64,000 bases of DNA, from assembly GCA_041744215.1 (NCBI GenBank), contig JBGTLG010000025.1, positions 64,001-128,000 of the forward strand. The letters are read 5' to 3'. Both the position numbers and the translations under genes were made by a program. The notes under the pieces were generated by a model. The model was given only the letters and a program-made list of their open reading frames with translations. It was not told the origin of the DNA and did not search any database. Below are positions 1-9,524 of this stretch, in pieces; positions within the stretch are counted from its first letter, which is position 1; each line of letters begins with the position of its first letter. Source of the DNA: Fimbriimonadales bacterium. GTDB lineage: Bacteria; Armatimonadota; Fimbriimonadia; Fimbriimonadales; ATM1.

Positions 1-369
1 TACTTCGAAGTCGGTGGCCAGCCCCTGACCCGGCCCACGGCAACTGTTCGGACTACCCCTGCGGTCCTCAGCTCGGGTGATACGGCAGCCCATTTTACGA
101 TCCACATGGAAGCGCCAGCAGGATGGTCGATTTCGATTGACCAGGGCTCGTCGCGAAGTCCGCTCGCTGTCAGCGTGAGCGGACTTGGGAACCCGGTCGC
201 GACATTCGAAGGTCGCGACGGCGGGCTCGATATTCAGATATCAGGTGAGCCGCCCGACAGCGCGACGGGCGAGGCGAGGGCCGTCGTTCAATTCCAGCTC
301 TGCACGGAGACGGAATGCCTGCTTCCAGAAGAGCGGGATGTTCTCCTGCAGTGGAGGAGGCTGGGGTAG
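1..369 (+). CDS. 5'-truncated protein ending in a DsbD N-terminal-like (disulfide interchange) domain
   Basis: Frame 1 is open from base 1 to TAG at 369. The C-terminal QLCTETECLLP resembles the Cys pair of DsbD-alpha domains. Confidence 0.5.
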   Translation, partial: YFEVGGQPLTRPTATVRTTPAVLSSGDTAAHFTIHMEAPAGWSISIDQGSSRSPLAVSVSGLGNPVATFEGRDGGLDIQISGEPPDSATGEARAVVQFQLCTETECLLPEERDVLLQWRRLG

Positions 370-393
370 CCCGAAAGGTAGAATCCGACCTCG

Positions 394-1656
394 ATGCTGG
401 AAGTTATCATGCCCAAGATGGGCGACGCGATGGAAGAGGGCACGCTGCTCGAGTGGCTCAAGAAGGACGGCGACTCGGTAAAGGCGGGAGACACCATTGG
501 CAACATCCAGACGGACAAGGCCACCGTCGAACTGACTGCGCCCGGCAGCGGAGTCCTCGGTGGTGTCCTCATCGCTCCAGGCGAAACCGTAGGTGTAGGC
601 ATTCCGATTGCGGCAATCCTCAAGCCGGGTGAATCGTTGCCAGAGGGCTGGGGCAACGGCGAGTCAAAACAAGCGGCCGAGGCTTCCGCCAAGCCTGATG
701 AAAAAAGTGAATCGCGCGAGGCTCCCGCCGACGACGGCAGCTCACGGGTTCTGGTCGCAGACGGGCCGACCGCCTCAAGCAGCGAGAGGGTCGCAGCGTC
801 GCCTCTGGCGCGACGAATCGCAGCAGAGGCGGGCCTGGATCTCAAGTCGCTGTCGGGCAGCGGACCTGGAGGGAGGATCGTCGAGCGAGACGTACGGTCT
901 GCGGCGGAATCGGGAGCGACGCCTTCACAGGGCACTGCTTCGGTCGAACCGCTTGCGCGATTGGAAGACCGGGTGGCGACTCTTACGAACCTTCAGCGAA
1001 TCACTGCGCAACGGACGGCGCAGTCTAAGCAGACCATCCCTCACTATTACGTGACGGTCGAGATTGATTTGGAACGACTCGTCGCCTTGCGCGAGGCGAT
1101 GAACGAAGAGAATCCCGACGCGAAGCTCAGCATCAACGACTTCATCGTCAAAGCAAGCGCGCTCGCGCTTCAGGAGCAACCGCACATCAACGCTAGTTGG
1201 GACGACGGCAAACTGAGGATGCACGCCTCGGTCAACATCGGAGTTGCTGCTGCGGTGCCCGACGGGCTCACGCTTCCTGTCGTCAAAAACTGCGACCGCA
1301 AGTCGCTGCGACAGATTGCAAATGAAATCCGCGATTTGGCATCACGCGCGAAAGTGAATCGACTTACGCCCGAGGAGCTTTCCGGCAGCACATTCTCAAT
1401 CAGCAACATGGGGATGTTCGACATCGAAAACTTTTCAGCGATTATTAATCAACCCAACGGAGCCATCATTGCAGTTTCGACTGCAAAGAGAATTCCGGTG
1501 GTTGTCGATGGGGATGAAGGCGAGGAATTGGAAGTACGCACTCAGATGAAAGTTACGGGCTCCTTTGATCACCGAATCATCAACGGCGCGGAGGGCGCAG
1601 TCTTTATGGGCGTTTTGCGCAAGTTCTTAGAGTCTCCCACCCTGCTCTTGAGTTAG
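394..1656 (+). CDS. pdhC: Dihydrolipoamide acetyltransferase (pyruvate dehydrogenase E2)
   Basis: Lipoyl domain (IQTDKAT), E3-binding domain (ASPLARRIA...GSGPGGRI), catalytic DHRIING. Confidence 0.93.
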   Translation: MLEVIMPKMGDAMEEGTLLEWLKKDGDSVKAGDTIGNIQTDKATVELTAPGSGVLGGVLIAPGETVGVGIPIAAILKPGESLPEGWGNGESKQAAEASAKPDEKSESREAPADDGSSRVLVADGPTASSSERVAASPLARRIAAEAGLDLKSLSGSGPGGRIVERDVRSAAESGATPSQGTASVEPLARLEDRVATLTNLQRITAQRTAQSKQTIPHYYVTVEIDLERLVALREAMNEENPDAKLSINDFIVKASALALQEQPHINASWDDGKLRMHASVNIGVAAAVPDGLTLPVVKNCDRKSLRQIANEIRDLASRAKVNRLTPEELSGSTFSISNMGMFDIENFSAIINQPNGAIIAVSTAKRIPVVVDGDEGEELEVRTQMKVTGSFDHRIINGAEGAVFMGVLRKFLESPTLLLS

Positions 1657-1659
1657 TGT

Positions 1660-3012
1660 TTGCGGATGGACACGGAAGGGTGGCTCGCTCGACACATCGT
1701 GCGACCCGTTGCGCCTGAACTATCTCTCATAGAGCGACGCTGCGCTCTCCTGCACCAAAGTCAGTGGTGGAGGCGCTCCGAGATTGAGGAGTATCAACTG
1801 ACGCAGTTCCGCAAGCTATTCGAGCACGCAAAAGAGCATGTTCCACTTTATCAAGGGACGCTTGCGGCGACAAAGGCTCCTGATACGTTTGCGGAAATCC
1901 GCTCAGTTCCAATTCTTCAGCGAAGCGACTTCAAGGACGACCTCGATTCGATCGAATCCGTGAAGTTGCCAGTCGGTTCGCAGCGCATCACCCACGCCAC
2001 CACTTCCGGGTCGACTGGCGTTTACATCAGAGTTGCAACAACAACGCACACCGAACTCATGAGGCTTGCGTGCATGACCCGTGAGTTTGAATGGTACGAC
2101 ATGGATCCCAGTCGCTCATTCACCCTCTATCGTGACACAGCGAGAACTTTCGAGGACTCTCCGATCAAAACCCTTCCAGCATGGCCATTTGGCTCAATCG
2201 GAAATCTGGTAAAGACTGGTAGCGGTTACTGGATTGCCGCCACTGCGAAGGTTGAAGAGGTGGCGGCGCATTTCTCTCGGAAGAGACCTGAATATGTGCA
2301 ATCGATGCCGGGATTGATGACTCGCTTGCTTGATCACATGGGCACGTCACCGCCGCAATGTGAGCTTCTTCAATTCATGGGCGAAGTGCTGGATGACGAG
2401 GTACGAGCACGAATCGCATCCGCGACCGGAGCGACAATTCGAAATCTCTACGCATCGGTCGAGACTGGGAGAATTGCTTCGGAGTGCCCTCTTGGAGGAT
2501 GCCTGCACGTTCATGAGGAGAACGTACTGCTGGAGGTGATTCGCGAAGATGGCTCTGCGGCAGCGCCCGGAGAGACGGGCCTCGCGGTAGTAACACCCCT
2601 TCATTCCTACGCAACACCCTTGATACGATACGAACTTGGCGACGGGATCGAACTCTCGCCAGAGCCCTGCCCTTGCGGTCGGTCGCTGCTGAGCATTCGC
2701 AGCGTCGCCGGACGTGTACGCGAGAAATTGCGCCGCAGAGATGGCGGCTACGCGCCCGCCTATTCAGTCTTTGGAAGGATTTCGAAGATCCCGGGCATAA
2801 GCGAGTATTGCCTGGTTCAACGGCGCCCCGACGAATTCTTGCTCGAGTTTACGGGCGGCTCGCCAGTCGATAGCGATCTCGACGGGCTGAAAGCAGTGCT
2901 GGGCGAGCTGACAGGCGGCTCCGTCGAGATCACCCTGAGGCGGGTTCCCGGGTTTGAGGTTGGGCCAACGGGCAAGAAGATTCGGTTTCGCGACCTCACA
3001 TCGAGCGAATAG
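1660..3012 (+). CDS. Phenylacetate-CoA ligase / CapK-like adenylate-forming protein
   Basis: TTSGSTG, YASVETG, HVHEENVLLEV, PLIRYELGD and CPCGRS motifs. Confidence 0.8.
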   Translation: MRMDTEGWLARHIVRPVAPELSLIERRCALLHQSQWWRRSEIEEYQLTQFRKLFEHAKEHVPLYQGTLAATKAPDTFAEIRSVPILQRSDFKDDLDSIESVKLPVGSQRITHATTSGSTGVYIRVATTTHTELMRLACMTREFEWYDMDPSRSFTLYRDTARTFEDSPIKTLPAWPFGSIGNLVKTGSGYWIAATAKVEEVAAHFSRKRPEYVQSMPGLMTRLLDHMGTSPPQCELLQFMGEVLDDEVRARIASATGATIRNLYASVETGRIASECPLGGCLHVHEENVLLEVIREDGSAAAPGETGLAVVTPLHSYATPLIRYELGDGIELSPEPCPCGRSLLSIRSVAGRVREKLRRRDGGYAPAYSVFGRISKIPGISEYCLVQRRPDEFLLEFTGGSPVDSDLDGLKAVLGELTGGSVEITLRRVPGFEVGPTGKKIRFRDLTSSE

Positions 3013-3085
3013 CATTGCTGCCCTGGCGGCGATCGGGCTCGAACGGCCGAGGCTGCGCCCAAGGCCACAACCGAGCGGGACCGTT

Positions 3086-3169
3086 CTCTGACTCACCCGG
3101 AAGGCTTTCCGACCCACCGGGGGAGTGTTCCGGCTCACCCGGAGCACTTTCCGCCTCACTGGTAGAGGT
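3086..3169. repeat. Four degenerate 21-bp tandem repeats
   Basis: ctctgactcacccggaaggct / ttccgacccaccgggggagtg / ttccggctcacccggagcact / ttccgcctcactggtagaggt. The CAC core falls at 3094, 3115, 3136 and 3157. Confidence 0.7.
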
Positions 3170-3234
3170 CTCTTGAACGGCGCCTCAGCCGCGGACTCCG
3201 CCGCGCTTGGGCCGCCGACGGCCAAAACAAGCAG

Positions 3235-3272
3235 CGATCCCCGCTCAGGTCAGGTGACCTGAGCGGGGATCG
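3235..3272. terminator. Perfect 18-bp inverted repeat between convergent genes (probable terminator)
   Basis: cgatccccgctcaggtca-gg-tgacctgagcggggatcg. On the minus strand it is followed by CTGCTTGTTTT. Confidence 0.7.
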
Positions 3273-3315
3273 ATCTGTATGACAACGGTGTCAGCGAAAG
3301 CCGGCTTTCGCTCCC

Positions 3316-3933
3316 CTACGCAGACTTGCGTCGTCTCGCTGCGAGCGCGGCGATGCCGAACCCGATTGCGAGCAGGGTGGCTGGCTCAGGGACGACTGTG
3401 ACGTGTCCCGATTCCTCTCCACCTGGACCTATTCCCTGGATGTGCAGCAACGCGAGCACTCCGCCGGGAGAGTTTACGGAGAAAGAGTTCTCGTCGATCC
3501 CGGTGCCGCTAACCGTCCAGACCGCGCTGTCGCCAGGCAAGAATCGCGAGGGGGGCGGCGCAATCACGAAATCGACCAAGAAATCGTAGGGGCCACCAAC
3601 AAGGTTAATCCCATCGTTCGCGAAGGTATGACCGGCGACCAACGGGCTGGCTGTCGAGAATGTGAGGTCATTGGGGAAGCTGTTCAGGTTCATGAACAAC
3701 TTGCTAAGGAATTGCCCTGGTGCGCCCGTCGCGTGATGGTCGAGCGTCATCTGAACCGTGTCAGCCCCCGCGTCCTCGATGGTTAGAGTTGCCCAAGGCG
3801 CCGGTCCCCCAGGGGTGAAGCCAGTCAGAACGATGGAAAAATCCATCGTCACAACAGAGTGAGCAGATGCCCCCCCAACAATGAGTGCCGCAACCGCCGC
3901 AAGGCGCGCGGAACCCGAGAGTGTTCCTTTCAT
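3316..3933 (-). CDS. PEP-CTERM sorting domain-containing exported protein
   Basis: Signal peptide (MKGTLSGSARLAAVAALIVGG). C-terminal VPEP + TM helix + RRRK. AAGGAG RBS before the ATG at 3933. Confidence 0.9.
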   Translation of the reverse strand: MKGTLSGSARLAAVAALIVGGASAHSVVTMDFSIVLTGFTPGGPAPWATLTIEDAGADTVQMTLDHHATGAPGQFLSKLFMNLNSFPNDLTFSTASPLVAGHTFANDGINLVGGPYDFLVDFVIAPPPSRFLPGDSAVWTVSGTGIDENSFSVNSPGGVLALLHIQGIGPGGEESGHVTVVPEPATLLAIGFGIAALAARRRKSA

Positions 3934-3968
3934 TCGAATCTCCTTTAGATCAAACTGATCGTTACAAT

Positions 3969-3984
3969 TGCAAATGCCGTGCCA
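3969..3984 (-). promoter_or_regulatory. Sigma-54 (RpoN) -24/-12 promoter of the PEP-CTERM gene
   Basis: The minus strand reads TGGCAC-GGCAT-TTGCA, matching TGGCAC-N5-TTGCW, 35 bp upstream of the start codon. Confidence 0.8.
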
Positions 3985-4141
3985 TCTGTGAGGCACAGAC
4001 CTGTCAATTGTAGCACACCGTTCGAAACCTCGCAATGCGTACCTTTGATGACAGTCCAGGCGCGCGAGTCTCCTGTTTGACGGGACGCCGTGGCCTTAGT
4101 GCTCATCCGCATGCTGATTCCTGGTAGATTTTCTGGCGTCA

Positions 4142-5218
4142 ATGAAAACACTCCTCGCGATTCTTCCAGCCCTGCCCTTTTTGATTGCCGGATGCGGAGG
4201 AAAGCCTGCATCGGAGGCCCCCTCCGCCGCGCCGGCAGAACAGCCGTCGGCGACTTCGGAAGTCTTCGAGGGTCCCCTGTTAGCGTACACCGATGGGGAG
4301 CTATGGGGACTCATGGACAGCAAGTTCAAGATCGTGGTTCCTGCGACGTACGACGGCATCTTGCCTTACAGCGATGGGATGGCGGCTGTCTACCAGGGCG
4401 GCAAAGTTGGGTTCTTAGATGCGAGTGGGAAGCTGGCCATTGCATGTCGGTTTGAGGACGCTGGTGATTTCTCCGAGGGCATGGCTCCCTTCATAGAAGG
4501 AGAGCGGGTCGGCTACATTGAGAAGAGCGGCACGGTCGCGATTCCTGCAAAGTTTGATATGGTCGACGATTTGATACCCTGGCGCTCGTTCAGCGGTGGT
4601 CTCGTGTGCGTCAATCAGGGTGGCAAGTATGGGTTCATCGACAAGTCAGGCGAATGGGTTATCGAGCCAAGTTTCGACGAACCTTCCGACTTCAGCGAAG
4701 GGCTTGCAGCGGTCATCCATAAAGGAAAGCCTGTGTGGATCGATCGCACCGGCGAACCTGTACTGCAAGGCGGCTTCACTCGAATCGGGGAAATGTCAGA
4801 GGCGCTGGCCGCTGCACAACAAGGCAGGAAGTGGGGCTACATCGACGGTAGCGCGAAGTTTGTGATCCAGCCGAGGTTTGATGACGCTCGACCCTTCAAA
4901 AATGGATACGCACAGATAGTCGTCGGCGGCAAGTTAGGTTACGTGGACAAGATCGGCGGCATCGTTGTTTCTCCTGCGTTTATGGCCTACGTCGATAGCG
5001 AAGAACCCGCGGCAGGCAATTTCAGCGAAGGGCTTGCTTGGGTGCGAAATGATGACGGAACGATCGGATTCATTGATACCACCGGGCGTGTCGTGATTCC
5101 ATTCAAGTACCAGGCCGCCACCGACTTTATCGACGGAATGTCGTTTGTTTACATCGACGGCATGGCAACTTACATCGACACGTCCGGGTCCGTGTTGTGG
5201 CAGCAGAAGAGCAGCTAG
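4142..5218 (+). CDS. WG-repeat (KWG) lipoprotein
   Basis: Lipobox LIAGC. Repeated K[WY]G[FY]ID..G..VI.P.F...FSEG units. Confidence 0.88.
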   Translation: MKTLLAILPALPFLIAGCGGKPASEAPSAAPAEQPSATSEVFEGPLLAYTDGELWGLMDSKFKIVVPATYDGILPYSDGMAAVYQGGKVGFLDASGKLAIACRFEDAGDFSEGMAPFIEGERVGYIEKSGTVAIPAKFDMVDDLIPWRSFSGGLVCVNQGGKYGFIDKSGEWVIEPSFDEPSDFSEGLAAVIHKGKPVWIDRTGEPVLQGGFTRIGEMSEALAAAQQGRKWGYIDGSAKFVIQPRFDDARPFKNGYAQIVVGGKLGYVDKIGGIVVSPAFMAYVDSEEPAAGNFSEGLAWVRNDDGTIGFIDTTGRVVIPFKYQAATDFIDGMSFVYIDGMATYIDTSGSVLWQQKSS

Positions 5219-6309
5219 ATGGCCTCGTAGCGCGTATTCCTTCGTACGGGTTCGTATCCAGCATCGCGAATGAGCCTTTCAAACTCTTCCGAATTCAGGA
5301 TGAACTTGTTTCCCGCTGCCGATACAACGTTTTCCTCGATCATGATCGACCCGAAGTCATTCGCGCCGTAACTCAGCGCGAGCTGCGCGATTTTCGGGCC
5401 TTGTGTAAGTATCGAGACCTGCAAGTTGTCAATGTTATCGAGAAAGATCCGACTGATGGCGACTGTCCGAAGATAATCGAAGCCGCTTGCCTTCCGCCCA
5501 ATCGCGAGCTGAGTCTCTTCCGGCTGAAAACTCCAGGTGATAAATGCGCGAAACGGCGCACACTCGTCTTGTAAGTCGCGGATACGCCCTAAGTGCTCGA
5601 CACGGTCGTCCAACGTTTCAACATGACCGAACATCATGCTTGCTGTTGATCGGATTCCAAGCGATGACGCAGCGCGCATACACTCGAGCCACTCGTCTGT
5701 CGTATCCTTGTAAGGAGCAATGATTTGTCTAACGCGGTCAACGAGAATCTCACCGCCGGCTCCGGGGATCGAGTGCAACCCAGCGTCTTTCAGCCTTCGC
5801 AAGCAATCTGTCAAGCTCAGCTTACTTATGTGCGAGATGTAGATAATCTCAGCCGGAGAGAGCGCGTGGAGAATAACGCCTGGGTAAGCGTCCATTATCT
5901 TTGCGAAGATGCGCTCATAATAGTCAATCTTAAGTTTCGGGTTGAGACCACCTTGAAAGAGAATCTCAACTCCGCCCTTATCGACCGTGTCTCCGACTTT
6001 TTCAAGTACTTGGTCATCGCTAAGGAGATAGCCTTCATCGTGATTGGGCACCCGATAAAACGCGCAAAACTTGCACCGAACCCAACAAACATTCGTATAG
6101 TTTAAGATTCGCCCAACGATGTAGGTAACCGTACGACCCGGCACGAGCTGTTGACGGCGGTGGTCGGCCAACGCAGCCAATTCCAACAAGTTTGGATGGT
6201 GATAAAGACGCAGCGCCTGGTCAGCGTCTATTCGTTCATTCGCAAGAACTTTGTCAGCGATCTTGTCGATTGATAGATCTCGGATGCGCTCGGGAAGTGT
6301 TGCGACCAT
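5215..6309 (-). CDS. mqnC: Cyclic dehypoxanthine futalosine synthase (radical SAM, futalosine menaquinone pathway)
   Basis: NYTNVCWVRCKFCAF, PGAGGEILVDRVR, MMFGHVET, GANDFGSIMIEENVVSAAG. Confidence 0.9.
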   Translation of the reverse strand: MVATLPERIRDLSIDKIADKVLANERIDADQALRLYHHPNLLELAALADHRRQQLVPGRTVTYIVGRILNYTNVCWVRCKFCAFYRVPNHDEGYLLSDDQVLEKVGDTVDKGGVEILFQGGLNPKLKIDYYERIFAKIMDAYPGVILHALSPAEIIYISHISKLSLTDCLRRLKDAGLHSIPGAGGEILVDRVRQIIAPYKDTTDEWLECMRAASSLGIRSTASMMFGHVETLDDRVEHLGRIRDLQDECAPFRAFITWSFQPEETQLAIGRKASGFDYLRTVAISRIFLDNIDNLQVSILTQGPKIAQLALSYGANDFGSIMIEENVVSAAGNKFILNSEEFERLIRDAGYEPVRRNTRYEAI

Positions 6310-6322
6310 CGTTACTCAGGTT

Positions 6323-6751
6323 TTACCCTGAGGATCCTCTCGGCATCACTGGCTCCGTTCCCCAACCGTCGTAGCGACCGTTATGTCGGCCAGTGATCCT
6401 CTGAAAAGTCGCCCTCGCGCTGCCGATTGCTTCTGGAGTGGGCTTAATCGTCTTCCTGGCGGATAGCTGGTATAGGCGGCGGCGCGGTCGCAGAGGGTCG
6501 CCGTACTGGATCATAGTCACGAGAAAGTCCTCATCTTCGAGCTTGGCCCGCGAGAGCCTCACTTCAGCCTCCAATTGGAAGACTGCCACGAATTCGATTC
6601 CGTGGATAGCCTCCATGTCGGCTCCCGTGGCTCGCAGTGCTTCGAGAATCTGGAGATCTTCGGTCGTCGGCTCCTCTGAGACAGCGGGAGTGCAACCGAC
6701 GAGTAGCTTCAGGATAAGGAAAGTCGGAATCAACTGAATCGTGCGCACCAC
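6323..6751 (-). CDS. RraB-like domain protein with predicted lipoprotein signal
   Basis: C-terminal YDGWG signature and HxIEF motif of RraB-like domains. LLVGC lipobox. Start moved to GTG at 6751 (GAGGGG RBS) because the longer ORF runs into the tRNA. Confidence 0.6.
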   Translation of the reverse strand: MVRTIQLIPTFLILKLLVGCTPAVSEEPTTEDLQILEALRATGADMEAIHGIEFVAVFQLEAEVRLSRAKLEDEDFLVTMIQYGDPLRPRRRLYQLSARKTIKPTPEAIGSARATFQRITGRHNGRYDGWGTEPVMPRGSSG

Positions 6752-6778
6752 TTGAGTAATCACCCCTCTCGGTGAAGG

Positions 6779-6854
6779 TGGTGCCGCAGGCCGGAATCGA
6801 ACCGGCGACACATGGATTTTCAGTCCATTGCTCTACCAACTGAGCTACCGCGGC
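6779..6854 (-). tRNA. tRNA-Phe (GAA)
   Basis: GCCGCGGTAGCTCAGTTGGTAGAGCAATGGACTGAAAATCCATGTGTCGCCGGTTCGATTCCGGCCTGCGGCACCA: cloverleaf with encoded CCA. Confidence 0.97.
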
Positions 6855-6875
6855 ACGCCTGCACGCCAGACAAAA

Positions 6876-6952
<77 letters not shown>

Positions 6953-6978
6953 GCATTCGCCCTTGCGGGCAGGGCGCG

Positions 6979-7008
6979 ATTATAGCCCAGGGGCGGACAA
7001 TGCCGCAA
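6979..7008 (-). promoter_or_regulatory. Sigma-70-type promoter of the tRNA pair
   Basis: TTGCGG-N18-TATAAT on the minus strand, just upstream of tRNA-Asp. Confidence 0.65.
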
Positions 7009-7081
7009 CCAACTTAGGCGCTGAATCGACCCCGCGGGCGAGGTGAAGGAGATCAACAAGGCGGCGTAGAATCTTCTCGCA

Positions 7082-9037
7082 GTGTCAGAAACCATCGAGG
7101 CCCTCCTCAACGAGGGACGAGTGTTCCCGCCATCCGAGGAGTTTGCGCGCAAGGCGAACATCAGTAACCCGAGCGTTTACGACGTCTCCGACGCCGATTA
7201 CGTGAGGTTCTGGGAAGACTGGGCGAACCGGCTCACTTGGTTCGAGAGATGGGAAACAGCGCTGGAATGGACCCCGCCATACGCTAAGTGGTTCCTGAAA
7301 GGGAGGCTCAACGCTTGCTTCAACTGCGTTGATCGGCACGCTACAGGTGACGTGGGCAATAGGACGGCCATCATCAGCGAAGGTGAGCCGGGCGACACTC
7401 GCGCCTTCACCTATGCGGAGACGCTGACCCAGGTTTCCAAGATCGCAAATGCGCTGAAAGAACTCGGCGTGCGGCGCGGGGACATCGTGTGCATCTACAT
7501 GCCGATGGTGGCCGAACTCGCCTTCGCGATGCTCGCTTGCGCGAGGATCGGCGCGGCGCACACAGTTGTTTTTGGTGGGTTCTCCGCAGAGGCGTTGCGT
7601 GAACGCATTGACGATGCGGCGGCCGTTTGTGTCATCACGGCAGACGGGGGCTGGAGGAGAGGGCGAGTTGTCGAATTGAAGAAAACCGTCGATGATGCGC
7701 TCTCGGGTCAAGCCACGGTCAAGAAGGTCCTGGTGTTGGAGCGAATTGGAGCGGGCGGAGAGTTTAATCGCGGGAAGTGGGTCGAGGGGAGGGACTGCTG
7801 GTGGCACGAGATTGTGCCGCGCCAGCCCGAAGCCTGCCAGTGCGAAGAAATGGACAGCGAAGACTTGCTGTTTACGCTGTATACGAGCGGCTCGACCGGA
7901 AAACCCAAGGGAATCGTTCACACGACCGGTGGATACCTCACCGGAACGAGCGCGACCTTCCATTGCATTTTCGATCATAAGCCGGACGACATTTTTTGGT
8001 GCACAGCTGATTGTGGTTGGATCACCGGACACTCCTATGTTGTGTACGGTCCGATGGCAAATGGCGCTACCGTCGTGATGTACGAAGGCTCACCCGACAC
8101 ACCCGACGAGGATCGATTCTGGGAGATCGTCGAGAAGCACCACGTGACCGTCTTATACACAGCGCCCACCGCGATTCGCACGTTCATGAAGTGGGGCGAG
8201 GAGTTTCCGGCCCGGCGCGACCTCTCTTCTTTGCGTTTGCTCGGTTCGGTAGGCGAGCCGATTAACCCGGAGGCTTGGGTTTGGTATTGGCAGTTCATCG
8301 GCAATGGCAGGTGCCCAATCGTCGACACTTGGTGGCAAACCGAAACGGGTCAGATTCTGATCACTCCGTTGCCTGGAATCACGCCATGCAAACCAGGCTC
8401 GGCGACGCACCCATTCCCCGGAATCCGTGCGGAGGTGTTTTCCGAGTCGGGAGAAAGGCTCGATGGAGCAAAGGGAGGCTACCTCGTGCTGACGCGCCCT
8501 TGGCCAGCTATGCTGCGGGGGCTGTACAAGGATCACGAGCGATTCGTTGAGACCTACTGGTCACGATTCCCGGGTGTCTACTTCACAGGCGACGGCGTAA
8601 AACGGGACGACGACGGCTACCTGTGGCTTCTCGGTAGAGTTGACGACGTCATGAATGTGGCAGGTCACCGAATCAGCACAATGGAGGTCGAGAGTGCTCT
8701 CGTCGATCACCCCGCCGTCGCCGAGGCGGCGGTCATCGGGCGCACCCATGATGTAAAGGGCCAGGCCATTAGCGCGTTCGTGCTTCTTAGAACCGGATTC
8801 TCTGGCGACCACCTCGCGTCCGAGATACGTGACCATGTCAGTCAGGTCATTGGTCCGATCGCCAGGCCGGACGATGTGTTCATCTGCGCGGATCTGCCGA
8901 AAACACGGAGCGGCAAAATCATGCGTCGGCTGCTCAGGGACGTTGCCGAGGGGCGCGCGCTTGGAGATACAACGACCCTGGCCGACCCAGCCGTCGTTGC
9001 CGGTTTGCGCGATCAATACGAACACTTGGAGTCCTAA
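7082..9037 (+). CDS. acs: Acetyl-CoA synthetase
   Basis: YTSGSTGKPKG, VDTWWQTETG, LPKTRSGKIMRR. Confidence 0.96.
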   Translation: MSETIEALLNEGRVFPPSEEFARKANISNPSVYDVSDADYVRFWEDWANRLTWFERWETALEWTPPYAKWFLKGRLNACFNCVDRHATGDVGNRTAIISEGEPGDTRAFTYAETLTQVSKIANALKELGVRRGDIVCIYMPMVAELAFAMLACARIGAAHTVVFGGFSAEALRERIDDAAAVCVITADGGWRRGRVVELKKTVDDALSGQATVKKVLVLERIGAGGEFNRGKWVEGRDCWWHEIVPRQPEACQCEEMDSEDLLFTLYTSGSTGKPKGIVHTTGGYLTGTSATFHCIFDHKPDDIFWCTADCGWITGHSYVVYGPMANGATVVMYEGSPDTPDEDRFWEIVEKHHVTVLYTAPTAIRTFMKWGEEFPARRDLSSLRLLGSVGEPINPEAWVWYWQFIGNGRCPIVDTWWQTETGQILITPLPGITPCKPGSATHPFPGIRAEVFSESGERLDGAKGGYLVLTRPWPAMLRGLYKDHERFVETYWSRFPGVYFTGDGVKRDDDGYLWLLGRVDDVMNVAGHRISTMEVESALVDHPAVAEAAVIGRTHDVKGQAISAFVLLRTGFSGDHLASEIRDHVSQVIGPIARPDDVFICADLPKTRSGKIMRRLLRDVAEGRALGDTTTLADPAVVAGLRDQYEHLES

Positions 9038-9519
9038 TGCCAACCGCAATCTACGCCGGCAGTTTCGATCCACCGACACTTGGGCATCAAGAGCTGATTC
9101 GCCGTGCCGCTGGTTTGTTTTCTCAGGTTGTAGTCGCGGTGGGTGTCAACTCGGAAAAGCAGTCGCTGTTCTCTCCAAAGGAACGAGTCGAGATGCTCAG
9201 CGAGATTACAAGCCAGCTAGACAACGTGGAAGTGACGCAGTTTGATGGACTCCTGGTCGAGTTCGCCCGGGCGAAGGGTGCGAGGATTCTTCTTCGCGGC
9301 CTCCGAGCAGTAAGCGACTTCGAGCACGAGTTTCAGATGTCGCTGACGAACCGCACCCTTGCGCCCGAAATCGAGACGGCCTTTCTAATGGCGACGGCGG
9401 AGCACATGTTCGTCTCGTCTAACATTGTTAAGGAAGTCGCCCGATACGGCGGGGATGTTTCGAAACTAGTTCCTCCGTTGGTTGTAGCGCGACTCAAACA
9501 AAAGCATCGGAACGGATAG
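9037..9519 (+). CDS. coaD: Phosphopantetheine adenylyltransferase
   Basis: YAGSFDPPTLGH, RGLRAVSDFEHE, SSNIVKEVA. Confidence 0.96.
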   Translation: MPTAIYAGSFDPPTLGHQELIRRAAGLFSQVVVAVGVNSEKQSLFSPKERVEMLSEITSQLDNVEVTQFDGLLVEFARAKGARILLRGLRAVSDFEHEFQMSLTNRTLAPEIETAFLMATAEHMFVSSNIVKEVARYGGDVSKLVPPLVVARLKQKHRNG

Positions 9520-9524
9520 AAAGC

